Shown piece by piece: positions 40,627 through 49,642 of a DNA stretch of 64,000 nt. The stretch comes from Candidatus Cloacimonadales bacterium. GTDB lineage: Bacteria; Cloacimonadota; Cloacimonadia; Cloacimonadales; JAFGVF01. Both the position numbers and the translations under genes were made by a program. Positions within the stretch are counted from its first letter, which is position 1, and each line of letters begins with the position of its first letter. The notes under the pieces are model-generated. The model saw only the letters and a list, made by a program, of their open reading frames with translations, ran no database searches and was not told where the DNA came from. The stretch spans positions 704,001 to 768,000 of the forward strand of contig CAXXJV010000001.1 in the NCBI GenBank assembly GCA_963663475.2. Reading direction: 5' to 3'.

Positions 40627-41674
40627 GAAAATAGCTGTTGCAATGAGTGGGGGGGTGGATAGCTCAGTTGTGGCTTGTCTGCTTAAAAAAGAAGGCTATG
40701 ATATTGCTGGTTTTACTATGGTTCAATACGATGATGAGGAGTTTGGCTATAGTCCAAATGAAGGAGCTTTGGCTGCAGCTAAGGATGCCCAGAAGATTTG
40801 TGACCAACTTAATATAAAACATCTTGTGATTAATGTTAAAGATCAGTTTAAAAGAATCGTTTTGAATGATTTTGTTGATCAATATAAAAGAGGTTATACT
40901 CCTAATCCTTGTACTCTTTGCAATCCTACCATAAAGTGGGGTGCTTTCTTTGATAAAATTAAGGAATTTGGTTTTGAATATTTTGCAACTGGACATTATG
41001 TTAAATTGATTCAGGGGGAAGATAGACCTCATGTTTATCGGGCAGATAATTCTAAAGACCAAACTTATATGTTATGGAGGGTGAGGAAAGAGCAATTCGC
41101 TAAGACTATTTTCCCGCTTTATCAACTTAATAAAGATGAGGTTAGAAAAATTGCTTTAGAAAATCACTTACATGTTGCTGAAAAAAAGGATTCTCAAGAA
41201 ATATGTTTTATCAAAGATCACTATTTAGATTTTGTTAATAAGCTAGTGCCAGCAAAAGCAGGAAAGATAAAGCTTCTTTCTGGGGAAACAATAGGTCAAC
41301 ATCAAGGGCTAACTGCTTATACTATTGGACAGAGGAAGGGACTGCAAACTAAGTTAAATATTACTCTTTATGTTCATTCTATGGATATTAGCAACAATAT
41401 TCTTTATGTTACTTCTGATAGGGAGGATTTGAAAGTTACTTCCTTCAGGATTAAAGAATGTCATTTCTTAGAAACAAATATGACGCTGGTCAAGAAGAGT
41501 CTGGTGCAAATAAGATATAATTCAAAGGCGGTTCAAGTTAGGGATCTTATTTTTGAAGGTAAAGAAGCCTTAGTTGTTTTAGAAGATGCAGTTGAATCTG
41601 TAACACCTGGTCAATCAGCTGTCTTTTATTCTTTAGATAATGAATTGCTGGGTGGCGGGATAATTAGTAAGTAG
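40607..41674 (+). CDS. mnmA: tRNA 2-thiouridylase
   Basis: AMSGGVDSS, TPNPC..CN, ATGHY, KDQTY, DSQEICF, YTIGQRKG, TPGQSAVFY. Confidence 0.96.
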   Translation: MKGLKNKKIAVAMSGGVDSSVVACLLKKEGYDIAGFTMVQYDDEEFGYSPNEGALAAAKDAQKICDQLNIKHLVINVKDQFKRIVLNDFVDQYKRGYTPNPCTLCNPTIKWGAFFDKIKEFGFEYFATGHYVKLIQGEDRPHVYRADNSKDQTYMLWRVRKEQFAKTIFPLYQLNKDEVRKIALENHLHVAEKKDSQEICFIKDHYLDFVNKLVPAKAGKIKLLSGETIGQHQGLTAYTIGQRKGLQTKLNITLYVHSMDISNNILYVTSDREDLKVTSFRIKECHFLETNMTLVKKSLVQIRYNSKAVQVRDLIFEGKEALVVLEDAVESVTPGQSAVFYSLDNELLGGGIISK

Positions 41675-41684
41675 TCTGGATTAA

Positions 41685-42590
41685 ATGCTAGAACTTATCA
41701 AAAAGTGGACAGGTCTTTTTCTCTTGGGGGCGGTAGGATTAGGCTTTCTTTTCCCAATTTTCTCTAGCTTCAAGCCAGTGATGATTCCGCTTCTCATGGT
41801 CCTGCTTTATTGCTCTTTCGTGAGGATGAAGTTTCAAAGAAAGAAGTTTATCCGTAGGGAATTGTTAATTTTTCCTGTAATCTCTTGGCTTATTTTTCCT
41901 CCTCTAATTTATTATGGAACAGGTTGGTTGGGGACTGATTTACAGATAGGTTTTCTATTAGCAGTGATAACTCCTCCTGCCCTAGGTTCGCCAGTAATGG
42001 TTTCTTTAGCTAAGGGGGATTTAGAGTTTACTGTGGCGAATGTTACTTTATTTAACTTACTTTCTCCCCTTATATTTGCCTTAATTCCTAGCATTTTTTT
42101 GCTAAAAACGGATATGGAAATTAACTTTCTTAATATTTTCCTGAGGGTAACAATGATAATTTTTATACCTTTGCTGCTAGCTTATTTTACAGAAAAATCT
42201 AATAGGTTAAAAGATTTTATTCTCAAGAAAGTAGATCCATTTAAAGCATTAATTCAGATGTTCTTAATTGTTATAGCTGTGGCAAATTCTGCTAAACAAA
42301 TTAGAGAAATGCCCAATTCCCACCTTTTGCAGGTTTTTATTACTAGTTTTCTGATTAGTGGGATACTCTATTTAACAGGCTGGCTACTGGCAAATTCAAA
42401 GAAAATGAAATATACCTTACCAATAACAAGTGGACATAAGAATACCCTTTTAACTATCACGCTAGCAATAGGGACTTTTAATGAAATTACTGCTCTCCCA
42501 GCAGTCTTTTACTTAATTGCTCATCATACTTTCAATGGAATAATTATTAACCTTAGTCGAAAAACTAAAGAAGAAGAGATACCTGCATGA
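41685..42590 (+). CDS. Bile acid:Na+ symporter (SBF/BASS)-like membrane protein
   Basis: Multi-TM; TPPALGSP, NLLSP, GHKN..L, PAV.Y. Confidence 0.7.
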   Translation: MLELIKKWTGLFLLGAVGLGFLFPIFSSFKPVMIPLLMVLLYCSFVRMKFQRKKFIRRELLIFPVISWLIFPPLIYYGTGWLGTDLQIGFLLAVITPPALGSPVMVSLAKGDLEFTVANVTLFNLLSPLIFALIPSIFLLKTDMEINFLNIFLRVTMIIFIPLLLAYFTEKSNRLKDFILKKVDPFKALIQMFLIVIAVANSAKQIREMPNSHLLQVFITSFLISGILYLTGWLLANSKKMKYTLPITSGHKNTLLTITLAIGTFNEITALPAVFYLIAHHTFNGIIINLSRKTKEEEIPA

Positions 42591-43297
42591 AACAAAACAA
42601 AGACTTAATTAAAGCTTATCTTAAAGAAGTGGTTAGGCCCTTATATAATAAATTTGCTAATAAATATGCTACAGAATTGGGTTACTGGAAGAAAATATAT
42701 CTGAGGGATGGAGAGTCTTTTGAGAATGATTTTTATAAGAAAATATTCTTAAACTTAGCTCAAGAGAATGATGATAAATTCTTAGAGAATAAAATTGTTG
42801 CAGACTTCGGGTGCGGTCCTAGGGGCAGTCTTAAATGGATTAAATCTGCTAAACAGAAGATTGGTATTGATGTCTTAGCTGACCAATATTTAGATTCTTT
42901 CGGACAAGACATGCTTACCCATGATATGGTATATCTTAAATCAACAGAGAAAATTATACCACTTCCTAATGAATCGCTAGATGTTATGTTTACTCTTAAT
43001 GCTATGGACCATGTTGATAACTTTCCCCAAATGTGTAATGAAATTTATCGAACAATCAGGAAGAAGGGTGTCTTGTATGCTTCTTTTAACCTGGAAGAAA
43101 AAGCAACTTCTGCAGAACCTCAGTGTCTTAGTGAAAAGTTAATACATAAATATTTACTTGATAAATTTGAAATTCTTACTTATAGGGTTACTAATCAAGG
43201 ACCACAAGGAAATCTCTTCCAACCATTGTATGAAGATGATCTTCATTATGATCCTGGGCAAGAAGGTATTCTTTGGGTTAAGGCTAGAAAAGAGTGA
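42587..43297 (+). CDS. Class I SAM-dependent methyltransferase
   Basis: VADFGCGPRG, GIDVL, IPLPNESLDV..NAMDHV. Confidence 0.85.
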   Translation: MKQNKDLIKAYLKEVVRPLYNKFANKYATELGYWKKIYLRDGESFENDFYKKIFLNLAQENDDKFLENKIVADFGCGPRGSLKWIKSAKQKIGIDVLADQYLDSFGQDMLTHDMVYLKSTEKIIPLPNESLDVMFTLNAMDHVDNFPQMCNEIYRTIRKKGVLYASFNLEEKATSAEPQCLSEKLIHKYLLDKFEILTYRVTNQGPQGNLFQPLYEDDLHYDPGQEGILWVKARKE

Positions 43298-43354
43298 TAG
43301 TATCCACGAATTACACTAATTATACTAAAAAGATGGTAAATGGGAAGAATGGGG

Positions 43355-43513
43355 AAGCAGGGATGCTTATGGACTGATGGCATCCTGCCATCAGATTTGT
43401 GCAAGCAGGGATGCTTATGGACTGATGGCATCCTGCCATCAGATTTGTGCAAGCAAGGATGCTTATGGACTGATGGCATCCTGCCATCAGATTTGTGCAA
43501 GCAAGGATGCTTA
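43355..43513. repeat. 48-bp REP-like tandem repeat x3 plus partial copy
   Basis: aagcagggatgcttatggactgatggcatcctgccatcagatttgtgc at 43355, 43403, 43451; palindrome ctgatggca-tcc-tgccatcag; further partial copy at 43931-43980. Confidence 0.92.
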
Positions 43514-43612
43514 CACTCCATAGGCTCCGTAACCACTTGTCATCTGCGTAAAAGCGGGCTGGAATCTCACGACTCAAATACGGGCAGACTTTTAGCAAGC
43601 TAATTTTTTCCT

Positions 43613-43680
43613 AAACTCTGTGTAACTCTGTGATAACCTCTGTGGACTCTGTGTTAAGGTTCTTAAAAAATCCGTGGATA
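43613..43680 (-). repeat. Inverted module D/G repeat
   Basis: ctctgtg x4 and aatccgtggata, which pairs with tatccacgaatt at 43301. Confidence 0.8.
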
Positions 43681-43744
43681 GACTTCTTTTGTAGGTAGTA
43701 TTATACTGCCTACTGCGGGCAAGGATGCCCGCCTTCCCAGTTAG

Positions 43745-43914
43745 TCCCGCGACCCAATCCCGTAACCACTTGTCACCTGCGTAAACGCGGGCTAGAATCC
43801 CGCGACCCAATCCCGTAACCACTTGTCACCTGCGTAAACGCGGGCTAGAATCCCGCGACCCAATCCCGTAACCACTTGTCACCTGCGTAAACGCGGGCTA
43901 GAATCCCGCGACCC
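43745..43914. repeat. 53-bp REP-like tandem repeat x3 plus partial copy
   Basis: tcccgcgacccaatcccgtaaccacttgtcacctgcgtaaacgcgggctagaa at 43745, 43798, 43851; diverged copy at ~43527-43575. Confidence 0.92.
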
Positions 43915-44415
43915 CTTTTTACACAGTCTGGGCATCTTGCCATCAGATTTGTGCAAGCAAAGATGCTTCCACTCCATAGGCCAGCAAAGAATCTAGCACT
44001 CTTCACCTGTAATACGTAGCGTTAGCGAAGTATTATCAAAGTTTTAATGCACTATTCGGGTATAATATTAGAGGAAATAGATAAAATAGGCAAAAAAATA
44101 ATGATAAAAATCAGAATAAAAGCAGAAAAAAATTAAAAAACACAAAAAAAATAAAAAAAAGTTAAAATAAGAAAATTAAAATGCTAAAAGCATATATTCC
44201 AGATAAATAACAGGCTAAAAAACCTAAAAGCACAAAATAGAGAAAAAAGGCTATTTATAAGCTTTTTAGGAAGATAAGAAAGTGAAAAAGATATTCCCAA
44301 CTTATTGAATAATAACATTTTTTCAAAAAAGTATTTGACAGTAAAGGGGGTAAAATAAAGCTTGTTTAAGAATTTGGTACGATATTTGAAAAATACAGAG
44401 TGTGAAAAATAATTC

Positions 44416-44446
44416 TTGACAAGAAATGTGAGTTTGATTTTATAGC
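44416..44446 (+). promoter_or_regulatory. Possible promoter of the tRNA-tuf operon
   Basis: TTGACA at 44416 (another at 44335) directly upstream of tRNA-Thr; -10 element weak. Confidence 0.35.
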
Positions 44447-44457
44447 AATACATTCAC

Positions 44458-44532
44458 GCCAACGTGGCTCAATGGTAGAGCAGCTGATTTGTAATCAGCA
44501 GGTTGGGGGTTCGATTCCCTTCGTTGGCTCCA
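44458..44532 (+). tRNA. tRNA-Thr (TGT)
   Basis: Cloverleaf; ctgat-tTGTaa-tcag anticodon arm, ggttcgattcc T arm, encoded CCA. Confidence 0.96.
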
Positions 44533-44538
44533 TGTTGT

Positions 44539-44623
44539 GGAGAGGTTCCCGAGTGGTCAAAGGGAACAGACTGTAAATCTGTCGGCGAAGCCTTCGGAGG
44601 TTCAAATCCTCCTCTCTCCACCA
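44539..44623 (+). tRNA. tRNA-Tyr (GTA)
   Basis: acaga-ctGTAaa-tctgt, long variable arm, CCA. Confidence 0.96.
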
Positions 44624-44678
44624 TTTTTTTTATGTGGATGAAAAGCTATTTTAAATAGATATAATAACGAGCTAGATT

Positions 44679-44755
44679 GCGGGAGTAGCTCAGTTGGCTA
44701 GAGCATCAGCCTTCCAAGCTGAGGGTCGCGGGTTCGAATCCCGTTTCCCGCTCCA
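44679..44755 (+). tRNA. tRNA-Gly (TCC)
   Basis: tcagc-ctTCCaa-gctga, ggttcgaatcc, CCA. Confidence 0.96.
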
Positions 44756-44765
44756 TTTTCATGAA

Positions 44766-44841
<76 letters not shown>

Positions 44842-45022
44842 CTTGAAATAATAATTAGAGACAATCACTAAGATAAATTCAGTAACTATAAAGTATTAAA
44901 ATGAAGTTTATTCTTAGTATAAATTAAGGAAAAGACCGCACAAGTGCGGTGTATTTGTGTTTAAACAAAGTCCTTACAAACCATAAACAAAATAAGAAAG
45001 ATAAGAAAATCCGGGAGGAAAC

Positions 45023-46204
45023 ATGGCAAAGGCAAAATTTGTTAGAACTAAACCTCATGTTAATGTTGGAACTATTGGTCACGTTGACCACGGTAAAACA
45101 ACTTTAACTGCTGCAATAACACTATATTTAAGTAAGAAGAACGGTGCTACTTTCAGATCATTCGATTCTATTGATAATGCACCTGAAGAAAAAGAACGTG
45201 GAATCACTATTGCAACTGCTCACGTTGAATATGAATCAGAAAAAAGACACTATGCTCACGTTGACTGTCCTGGTCACGCTGACTATGTTAAAAATATGAT
45301 TACTGGTGCTGCTCAGATGGACGGTGCTATCCTTGTTGTTAGTGCTGCTGACGGTCCTATGCCTCAAACAAAAGAGCATATCCTCCTTGCAAGACAAGTT
45401 GGTGTTCCAGCTATCGTTGTTTTCATGAACAAGTGTGATCTTGTTGATGATGAAGAACTTCTTGAATTAGTTGAAATGGAAGTTAGAGAAATTCTTGAAA
45501 AATATGAATTCCCAGAAGATGTTCCATTTATCCGTGGTTCAGCTCTTAAAGGTCTTAATGGAGATCCTGAAGGTGAAGCACAAATTCAAGAACTTGTTGA
45601 TGCAATTGATTCTTATATTCCAGAACCAGATAGAGATCGTGACAAGCCATTCTTAATGCCTGTTGAAGACGTTTTCTCAATTCCTGGTCGTGGAACAGTT
45701 GCAACTGGTCGTGTTGAACGTGGTGTAATTAAAACTGGTGACAAGATCGAAAGAGTTGGTATCAGAGAAACTGTTGAAACAACATGTACTGGTGTTGAGA
45801 TGTTCAGAAAAATCATGGATCAAGCTGAAGCTGGTGATAACATTGGTTGTCTTCTTCGTGGTTTTGCTAAAACTGACGTTGAAAGAGGTATGGTTCTTGC
45901 TAAACCAAAATCAGTTAATCCTCACACAAAATTCACAGGTGAAACATATATTTTAACTAAAGATGAAGGTGGAAGACACAAACCTTTCTTCGATGGTTAC
46001 AGACCTCAATTCTATTTCAGAACAACTGACGTTACAGGTTCTTTATCACTTCCAGAAGGTGTAGAGATGATTATGCCTGGTGATAACGTTTCTATCGGTG
46101 CAGAACTTATCGTTCCTATCGCTTTAGAGCAAGGTCTTCGTTTCGCTATTCGTGAAGGTGGAAGAACTATCGGTGCAGGTGTTGTTGCAACCGTTATTGA
46201 CTAA
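45023..46204 (+). CDS. tuf: Elongation factor Tu
   Basis: [40 protein letters not shown]. Confidence 0.99.
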   Translation: MAKAKFVRTKPHVNVGTIGHVDHGKTTLTAAITLYLSKKNGATFRSFDSIDNAPEEKERGITIATAHVEYESEKRHYAHVDCPGHADYVKNMITGAAQMDGAILVVSAADGPMPQTKEHILLARQVGVPAIVVFMNKCDLVDDEELLELVEMEVREILEKYEFPEDVPFIRGSALKGLNGDPEGEAQIQELVDAIDSYIPEPDRDRDKPFLMPVEDVFSIPGRGTVATGRVERGVIKTGDKIERVGIRETVETTCTGVEMFRKIMDQAEAGDNIGCLLRGFAKTDVERGMVLAKPKSVNPHTKFTGETYILTKDEGGRHKPFFDGYRPQFYFRTTDVTGSLSLPEGVEMIMPGDNVSIGAELIVPIALEQGLRFAIREGGRTIGAGVVATVID

Positions 46205-46233
46205 TTAATCATAATTAGCTAAGAAGGTAAATA

Positions 46234-46383
46234 ATGAGAGATATTATAATTCTGGAATGTACAGAGTGTAAAAACAGAAACTATACTACAACCAGAAATA
46301 AAAGAAAAAATCCAGGTAAACTGGAGTTGAAAAAATTCTGTCCAGCTTGTAGAAAACATACTACACACAAGCAGAATAAATAA
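46234..46383 (+). CDS. rpmG: 50S ribosomal protein L33 (Zn-ribbon type); too short for the ORF track
   Basis: Translated by eye: [49 protein letters not shown]. Confidence 0.95.
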   Translation: MRDIIILECTECKNRNYTTTRNKRKNPGKLELKKFCPACRKHTTHKQNK

Positions 46384-46393
46384 GTAGAAATAC

Positions 46394-46469
46394 AGGATAG
46401 TAGTTCAATTGGTAGAGCACTGGTCTCCAAAACCAGGTGTTGCGGGTTCGAGTCCTGCCTGTCCTGCCA
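46394..46469 (+). tRNA. tRNA-Trp (CCA)
   Basis: ctggt-ctCCAaa-accag, ggttcgagtcc, CCA end. Confidence 0.96.
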
Positions 46470-46476
46470 TAGATTA

Positions 46477-46515
46477 GGCAAAGTCAGTAGGTAACTACTG
46501 GCTTTTTGCCCATTT
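46477..46515 (+). terminator. Hairpin/terminator-like structure after tRNA-Trp
   Basis: aagtcagtag-gtaa-ctactggctt followed by ttt. Confidence 0.55.
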
Positions 46516-46554
46516 AAAAATTTACATAATCTGCAAAAAAAAGACGGAAGAAAC

Positions 46555-46740
46555 ATGGGAAAAATATCAACATTTTTAAAAGAAGTTCGCCAAGAACTTG
46601 GAACAATATCATGGCCTAAAAAGCCTGATATTACAGAAGGTACAACAGTTGTTTTAACAATGACTGTCATTACAAGCATATTTTTAATGGTAGTTGATTT
46701 TGTTTTTAATACCGTGATAACAGAAACCTTATTTAGATAA
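46555..46740 (+). CDS. secE: Preprotein translocase SecE
   Basis: FLKEVRQEL..ISWP, one TM, position between tRNA-Trp and nusG. Confidence 0.93.
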   Translation: MGKISTFLKEVRQELGTISWPKKPDITEGTTVVLTMTVITSIFLMVVDFVFNTVITETLFR

Positions 46741-46751
46741 GGGGATCTATT

Positions 46752-47273
46752 ATGCAATGGTATGTTGTACACACTTTCTCATCTCATGAAAATAGGATCA
46801 AAGAAACTATAGAAAAAAGTATTATTGGAACTGATTTAGAAGATTCAATCGGGCAGATCTTAGTTCCAACTCAGAAAACTTTTATTATTAGAGATGGAAA
46901 GAAAATCGAGACAGAAAAAAAAGTTTTTAACTCATACATCATTATTGAAGCAGAGATGGAACCAAAGGTCTATGCTTTTATAAAATCAATTTCAGGTGTA
47001 ACAAATTTTCTAGGATATGGGAAAAAACCTATTCCTTTAGATGAAAAAGAAGTTAATCGTCTTCTAGGTATTAATGATAGAGATGATTCTACAACCCAAT
47101 TTGATTTTATTCCTGGCGATATGGTAAAGATTATCGCTGGTGCATTTACAGATTTTGAGGGAGTGGTCGATAAGGTTGACCAATCTTCTGGAAAAATTAC
47201 TGTAAATGTTTCTGTTTTTGGCAGAATTACTCCTGTTGAAGTTAATGGTGAACAGGTTGAAAGAAAAAAATAG
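46752..47273 (+). CDS. nusG: Transcription factor NusG
   Basis: WYVVHTFSSHE, GVTNFLG, KOW domain, VSVFGRITPVE. Confidence 0.97.
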   Translation: MQWYVVHTFSSHENRIKETIEKSIIGTDLEDSIGQILVPTQKTFIIRDGKKIETEKKVFNSYIIIEAEMEPKVYAFIKSISGVTNFLGYGKKPIPLDEKEVNRLLGINDRDDSTTQFDFIPGDMVKIIAGAFTDFEGVVDKVDQSSGKITVNVSVFGRITPVEVNGEQVERKK

Positions 47274-47278
47274 TTGGA

Positions 47279-47328
47279 TTAAGTTCAAAGTCGTAAGTTT
47301 TTAACTTTGAACTTAAGACTTTGGACTA
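47279..47328. repeat. Heptamer-period inverted repeat
   Basis: ttaagttcaaagt / actttgaacttaa perfect 13-bp stem. Confidence 0.75.
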
Positions 47329-47347
47329 ATAAAAAAAAGAGGTAGTT

Positions 47348-47779
47348 ATGGCTAAATTAAAAGGTGTAACAAACGTTGTCAAACTTCAGTTACCTGCTGG
47401 AAAAGCAACCCCGGCACCTCCCGTGGGACCTGCATTAGGTCAAGCTGGAGTGAATATTCCTGATTTTTGTAAACAGTTTAATGCTAAAACAGCTGACCAG
47501 CCAGGAATGATATTCCCTGTTGTTATCAGCGTGTTTAAAAACAAGTCTTTTGTATTTGAAATTAAGACTCCTCCGGCAGCTGTCCTAATTAAGAAAGAAG
47601 CAGGCCTTGCAAAAGGTTCTTCTGTTCCTAATAAGGATAAAGTTGGAAAGATTACTAAAGAACAATGCAAAAAAATTGCTGAATTAAAAGCACAAGATTT
47701 AAATAGTTTTTCCCTTGAATCTGCTATGCGCATGATCGCTGGGACTGCAAGGAGTATGGGAGTATTGGTCGAGGACTAA
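47348..47779 (+). CDS. rplK: 50S ribosomal protein L11
   Basis: [28 protein letters not shown]. Confidence 0.98.
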   Translation: MAKLKGVTNVVKLQLPAGKATPAPPVGPALGQAGVNIPDFCKQFNAKTADQPGMIFPVVISVFKNKSFVFEIKTPPAAVLIKKEAGLAKGSSVPNKDKVGKITKEQCKKIAELKAQDLNSFSLESAMRMIAGTARSMGVLVED

Positions 47780-47836
47780 TACTGAGGTAAGAAATATCTC
47801 AATTTGCAGGAGATTATAATCAAAGGAGAATAGTGG

Positions 47837-48544
47837 ATGAAGAGAAGTAAACGCTACAGAGAAGCATTTTCAAAAGTTGATCGCCAAAGTAGATATGATT
47901 TAACAACCGCTATCAATTTGTTAAAGGAAGTTCCTGTAACAAAATTTGATGAAACAGTTGAAATTCATATGAATTTAGGTGTTGACCCAAGAAAAGCTGA
48001 TCAGCAAATTAGAAGCTCTCTTGTTCTTCCTCACGGAACTGGAAAACAAGTTAGAGTTCTAGTCTTTGCTGAAGGAGAAAAAGCAGACCAAGCTAAGGCA
48101 GCTGGTGCAGAATTCGTTGGTGTTGATGAGTATATCAATAAAATAACCAAAGAGAATTGGATGGAATTCGATACTGTTATCGCAACTCCAAACTTAATGG
48201 GTAAGATTGGTAGATTAGGTAGAGTTTTAGGACCAAGAGGTCTTATGCCTAACCCTAAGGTTGGTACCGTTACTATGGATGTTGAGAAAGCAGTTACAGA
48301 AGCAAAATCTGGTAAAGTCGTATATAGGGTTGATAAATTTTCAAATATTCATGTTCCTGCAGGTAAATTAAGTTTTGCAGCAGACAACATTAAGGAAAAT
48401 TTAATCACAATTATTGCAGCTATTTTGAAAGATAGACCTTCCACAGTGAAGGGTACTTTTATCAAAAGTATGACATTGACCTCAACCATGGGACCTGGTG
48501 TAAAGCTTGATGTTCCTGGTGTAACCTTAGAAGCAAAAGCATAG
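47837..48544 (+). CDS. rplA: 50S ribosomal protein L1
   Basis: [34 protein letters not shown]. Confidence 0.98.
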   Translation: MKRSKRYREAFSKVDRQSRYDLTTAINLLKEVPVTKFDETVEIHMNLGVDPRKADQQIRSSLVLPHGTGKQVRVLVFAEGEKADQAKAAGAEFVGVDEYINKITKENWMEFDTVIATPNLMGKIGRLGRVLGPRGLMPNPKVGTVTMDVEKAVTEAKSGKVVYRVDKFSNIHVPAGKLSFAADNIKENLITIIAAILKDRPSTVKGTFIKSMTLTSTMGPGVKLDVPGVTLEAKA

Positions 48545-48553
48545 GAGAGGATC

Positions 48554-49063
48554 ATGGTACAACCTTATAAAGTAAGTGTAGTAAAAGATTTAAAAGAACG
48601 ACTTGACAGTGCCAAAGCGATAGTCTTAGTAGATTATAAGGGAATAAATATTGAAGAAGTAGATGAGCTTCGCAAAAGATTCAGAAATAATGATGTTGAT
48701 TATTTTGTACAGAAAAACACTTTAGTTAAAATAGCACTAAATGAATTAGGTATCAATGATTTAGATAGTCATTTAGTTGGCCCTACAGGGGTAGCTGTTT
48801 GTAAGAGTGATGAGATATCAGCAGCAAGAGAAATGGCAAAATTCGTTAAAGAAGTAATGGAAGAGAAGCCTTTCCCTACATTTAAAGCTGGATTAGTTGA
48901 TGGAGTTTTATATTTAAAGGAAGATCTTAGTAAACTTTCTAAAATTCCGTCTAGAGATGAATTGTTGGCTAAAATGTTTGGTAGCATGAAAGCCCCAATT
49001 TCAAGCTTCGTACGCTTAATTGATGCGATAGCTAAGAAAGACGAAGAAGCAAAAGCTGAATAA
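48554..49063 (+). CDS. rplJ: 50S ribosomal protein L10
   Basis: [23 protein letters not shown]. Confidence 0.96.
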   Translation: MVQPYKVSVVKDLKERLDSAKAIVLVDYKGINIEEVDELRKRFRNNDVDYFVQKNTLVKIALNELGINDLDSHLVGPTGVAVCKSDEISAAREMAKFVKEVMEEKPFPTFKAGLVDGVLYLKEDLSKLSKIPSRDELLAKMFGSMKAPISSFVRLIDAIAKKDEEAKAE

Positions 49064-49086
49064 AAAATATAATCATGGAGGAATAC

Positions 49087-49452
49087 ATGTCCGATAAAAA
49101 ACAGCAAATTATTGATCTTGTAAAAGAGATGAGTGTAATGGAGTTATCCGAATTAGTTACTGAAATGGAAGAAATTTTTGGTGTATCAGCAGCAGCTGCT
49201 GTTGCTGTAGCTGCAGGTCCTGCAGAAGCTGCAGAAGAGAAAACAGAATTTGATGTTGTTCTTGTAAGCGCAGGTGCTAAAAAGATTAATGTAATTAAGG
49301 CTGTAAGAGAAATCACCAAACTTGGTCTTAAAGAAGCAAAAGGCTTGGTAGATACAGCTCCACAAACAGTTGCAGAAGCAGTCACAAAAGATGAAGCTGA
49401 AGCAATGAAGAAATCATTTGAAGATGCTGGTGCAACAGTAGAAATCAAATAA
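49087..49452 (+). CDS. rplL: 50S ribosomal protein L7/L12
   Basis: [37 protein letters not shown]; ggagga SD before ATG 49087. Confidence 0.98.
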   Translation: MSDKKQQIIDLVKEMSVMELSELVTEMEEIFGVSAAAAVAVAAGPAEAAEEKTEFDVVLVSAGAKKINVIKAVREITKLGLKEAKGLVDTAPQTVAEAVTKDEAEAMKKSFEDAGATVEIK

Positions 49453-49475
49453 GACAATTAGAAACAACTATAGAT

Positions 49476-49513
49476 GGAAGTGGGCCTTTAGGCTCATTTC
49501 CCTATTTTATTTT
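49476..49513 (+). terminator. rplL-rpoB attenuator/terminator-like hairpin
   Basis: ggaagtgggcc-ttta-ggctcatttcc followed by a T-rich tail. Confidence 0.6.
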
Positions 49514-49642
49514 AATATATTAGAAAACATAGTGTCGAAATCAAAAAGAGTCTAAATATAATTTACTTACAATGGTTTCGTTTTTTGTTACAAAAAACAA
49601 CAGTCGATCTTTAATCTATGAACATTATAAAGGAGTGGGCTT

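Noticed and set aside
43355-43914. CRISPR arrays (48-bp and 53-bp periods)
   Set aside because: Head-to-tail identical units with no spacers.
43992-44020. CIRCE-like tagcactc half-site (also ttggcactc at 59702)
   Set aside because: The second arm GAGTGCTAA after N9 is absent.
43246-44453. ORFs across the REP arrays and the A-rich tract
   Set aside because: Open because the 48-bp unit is a multiple of three or the sequence is low complexity; present on both strands.
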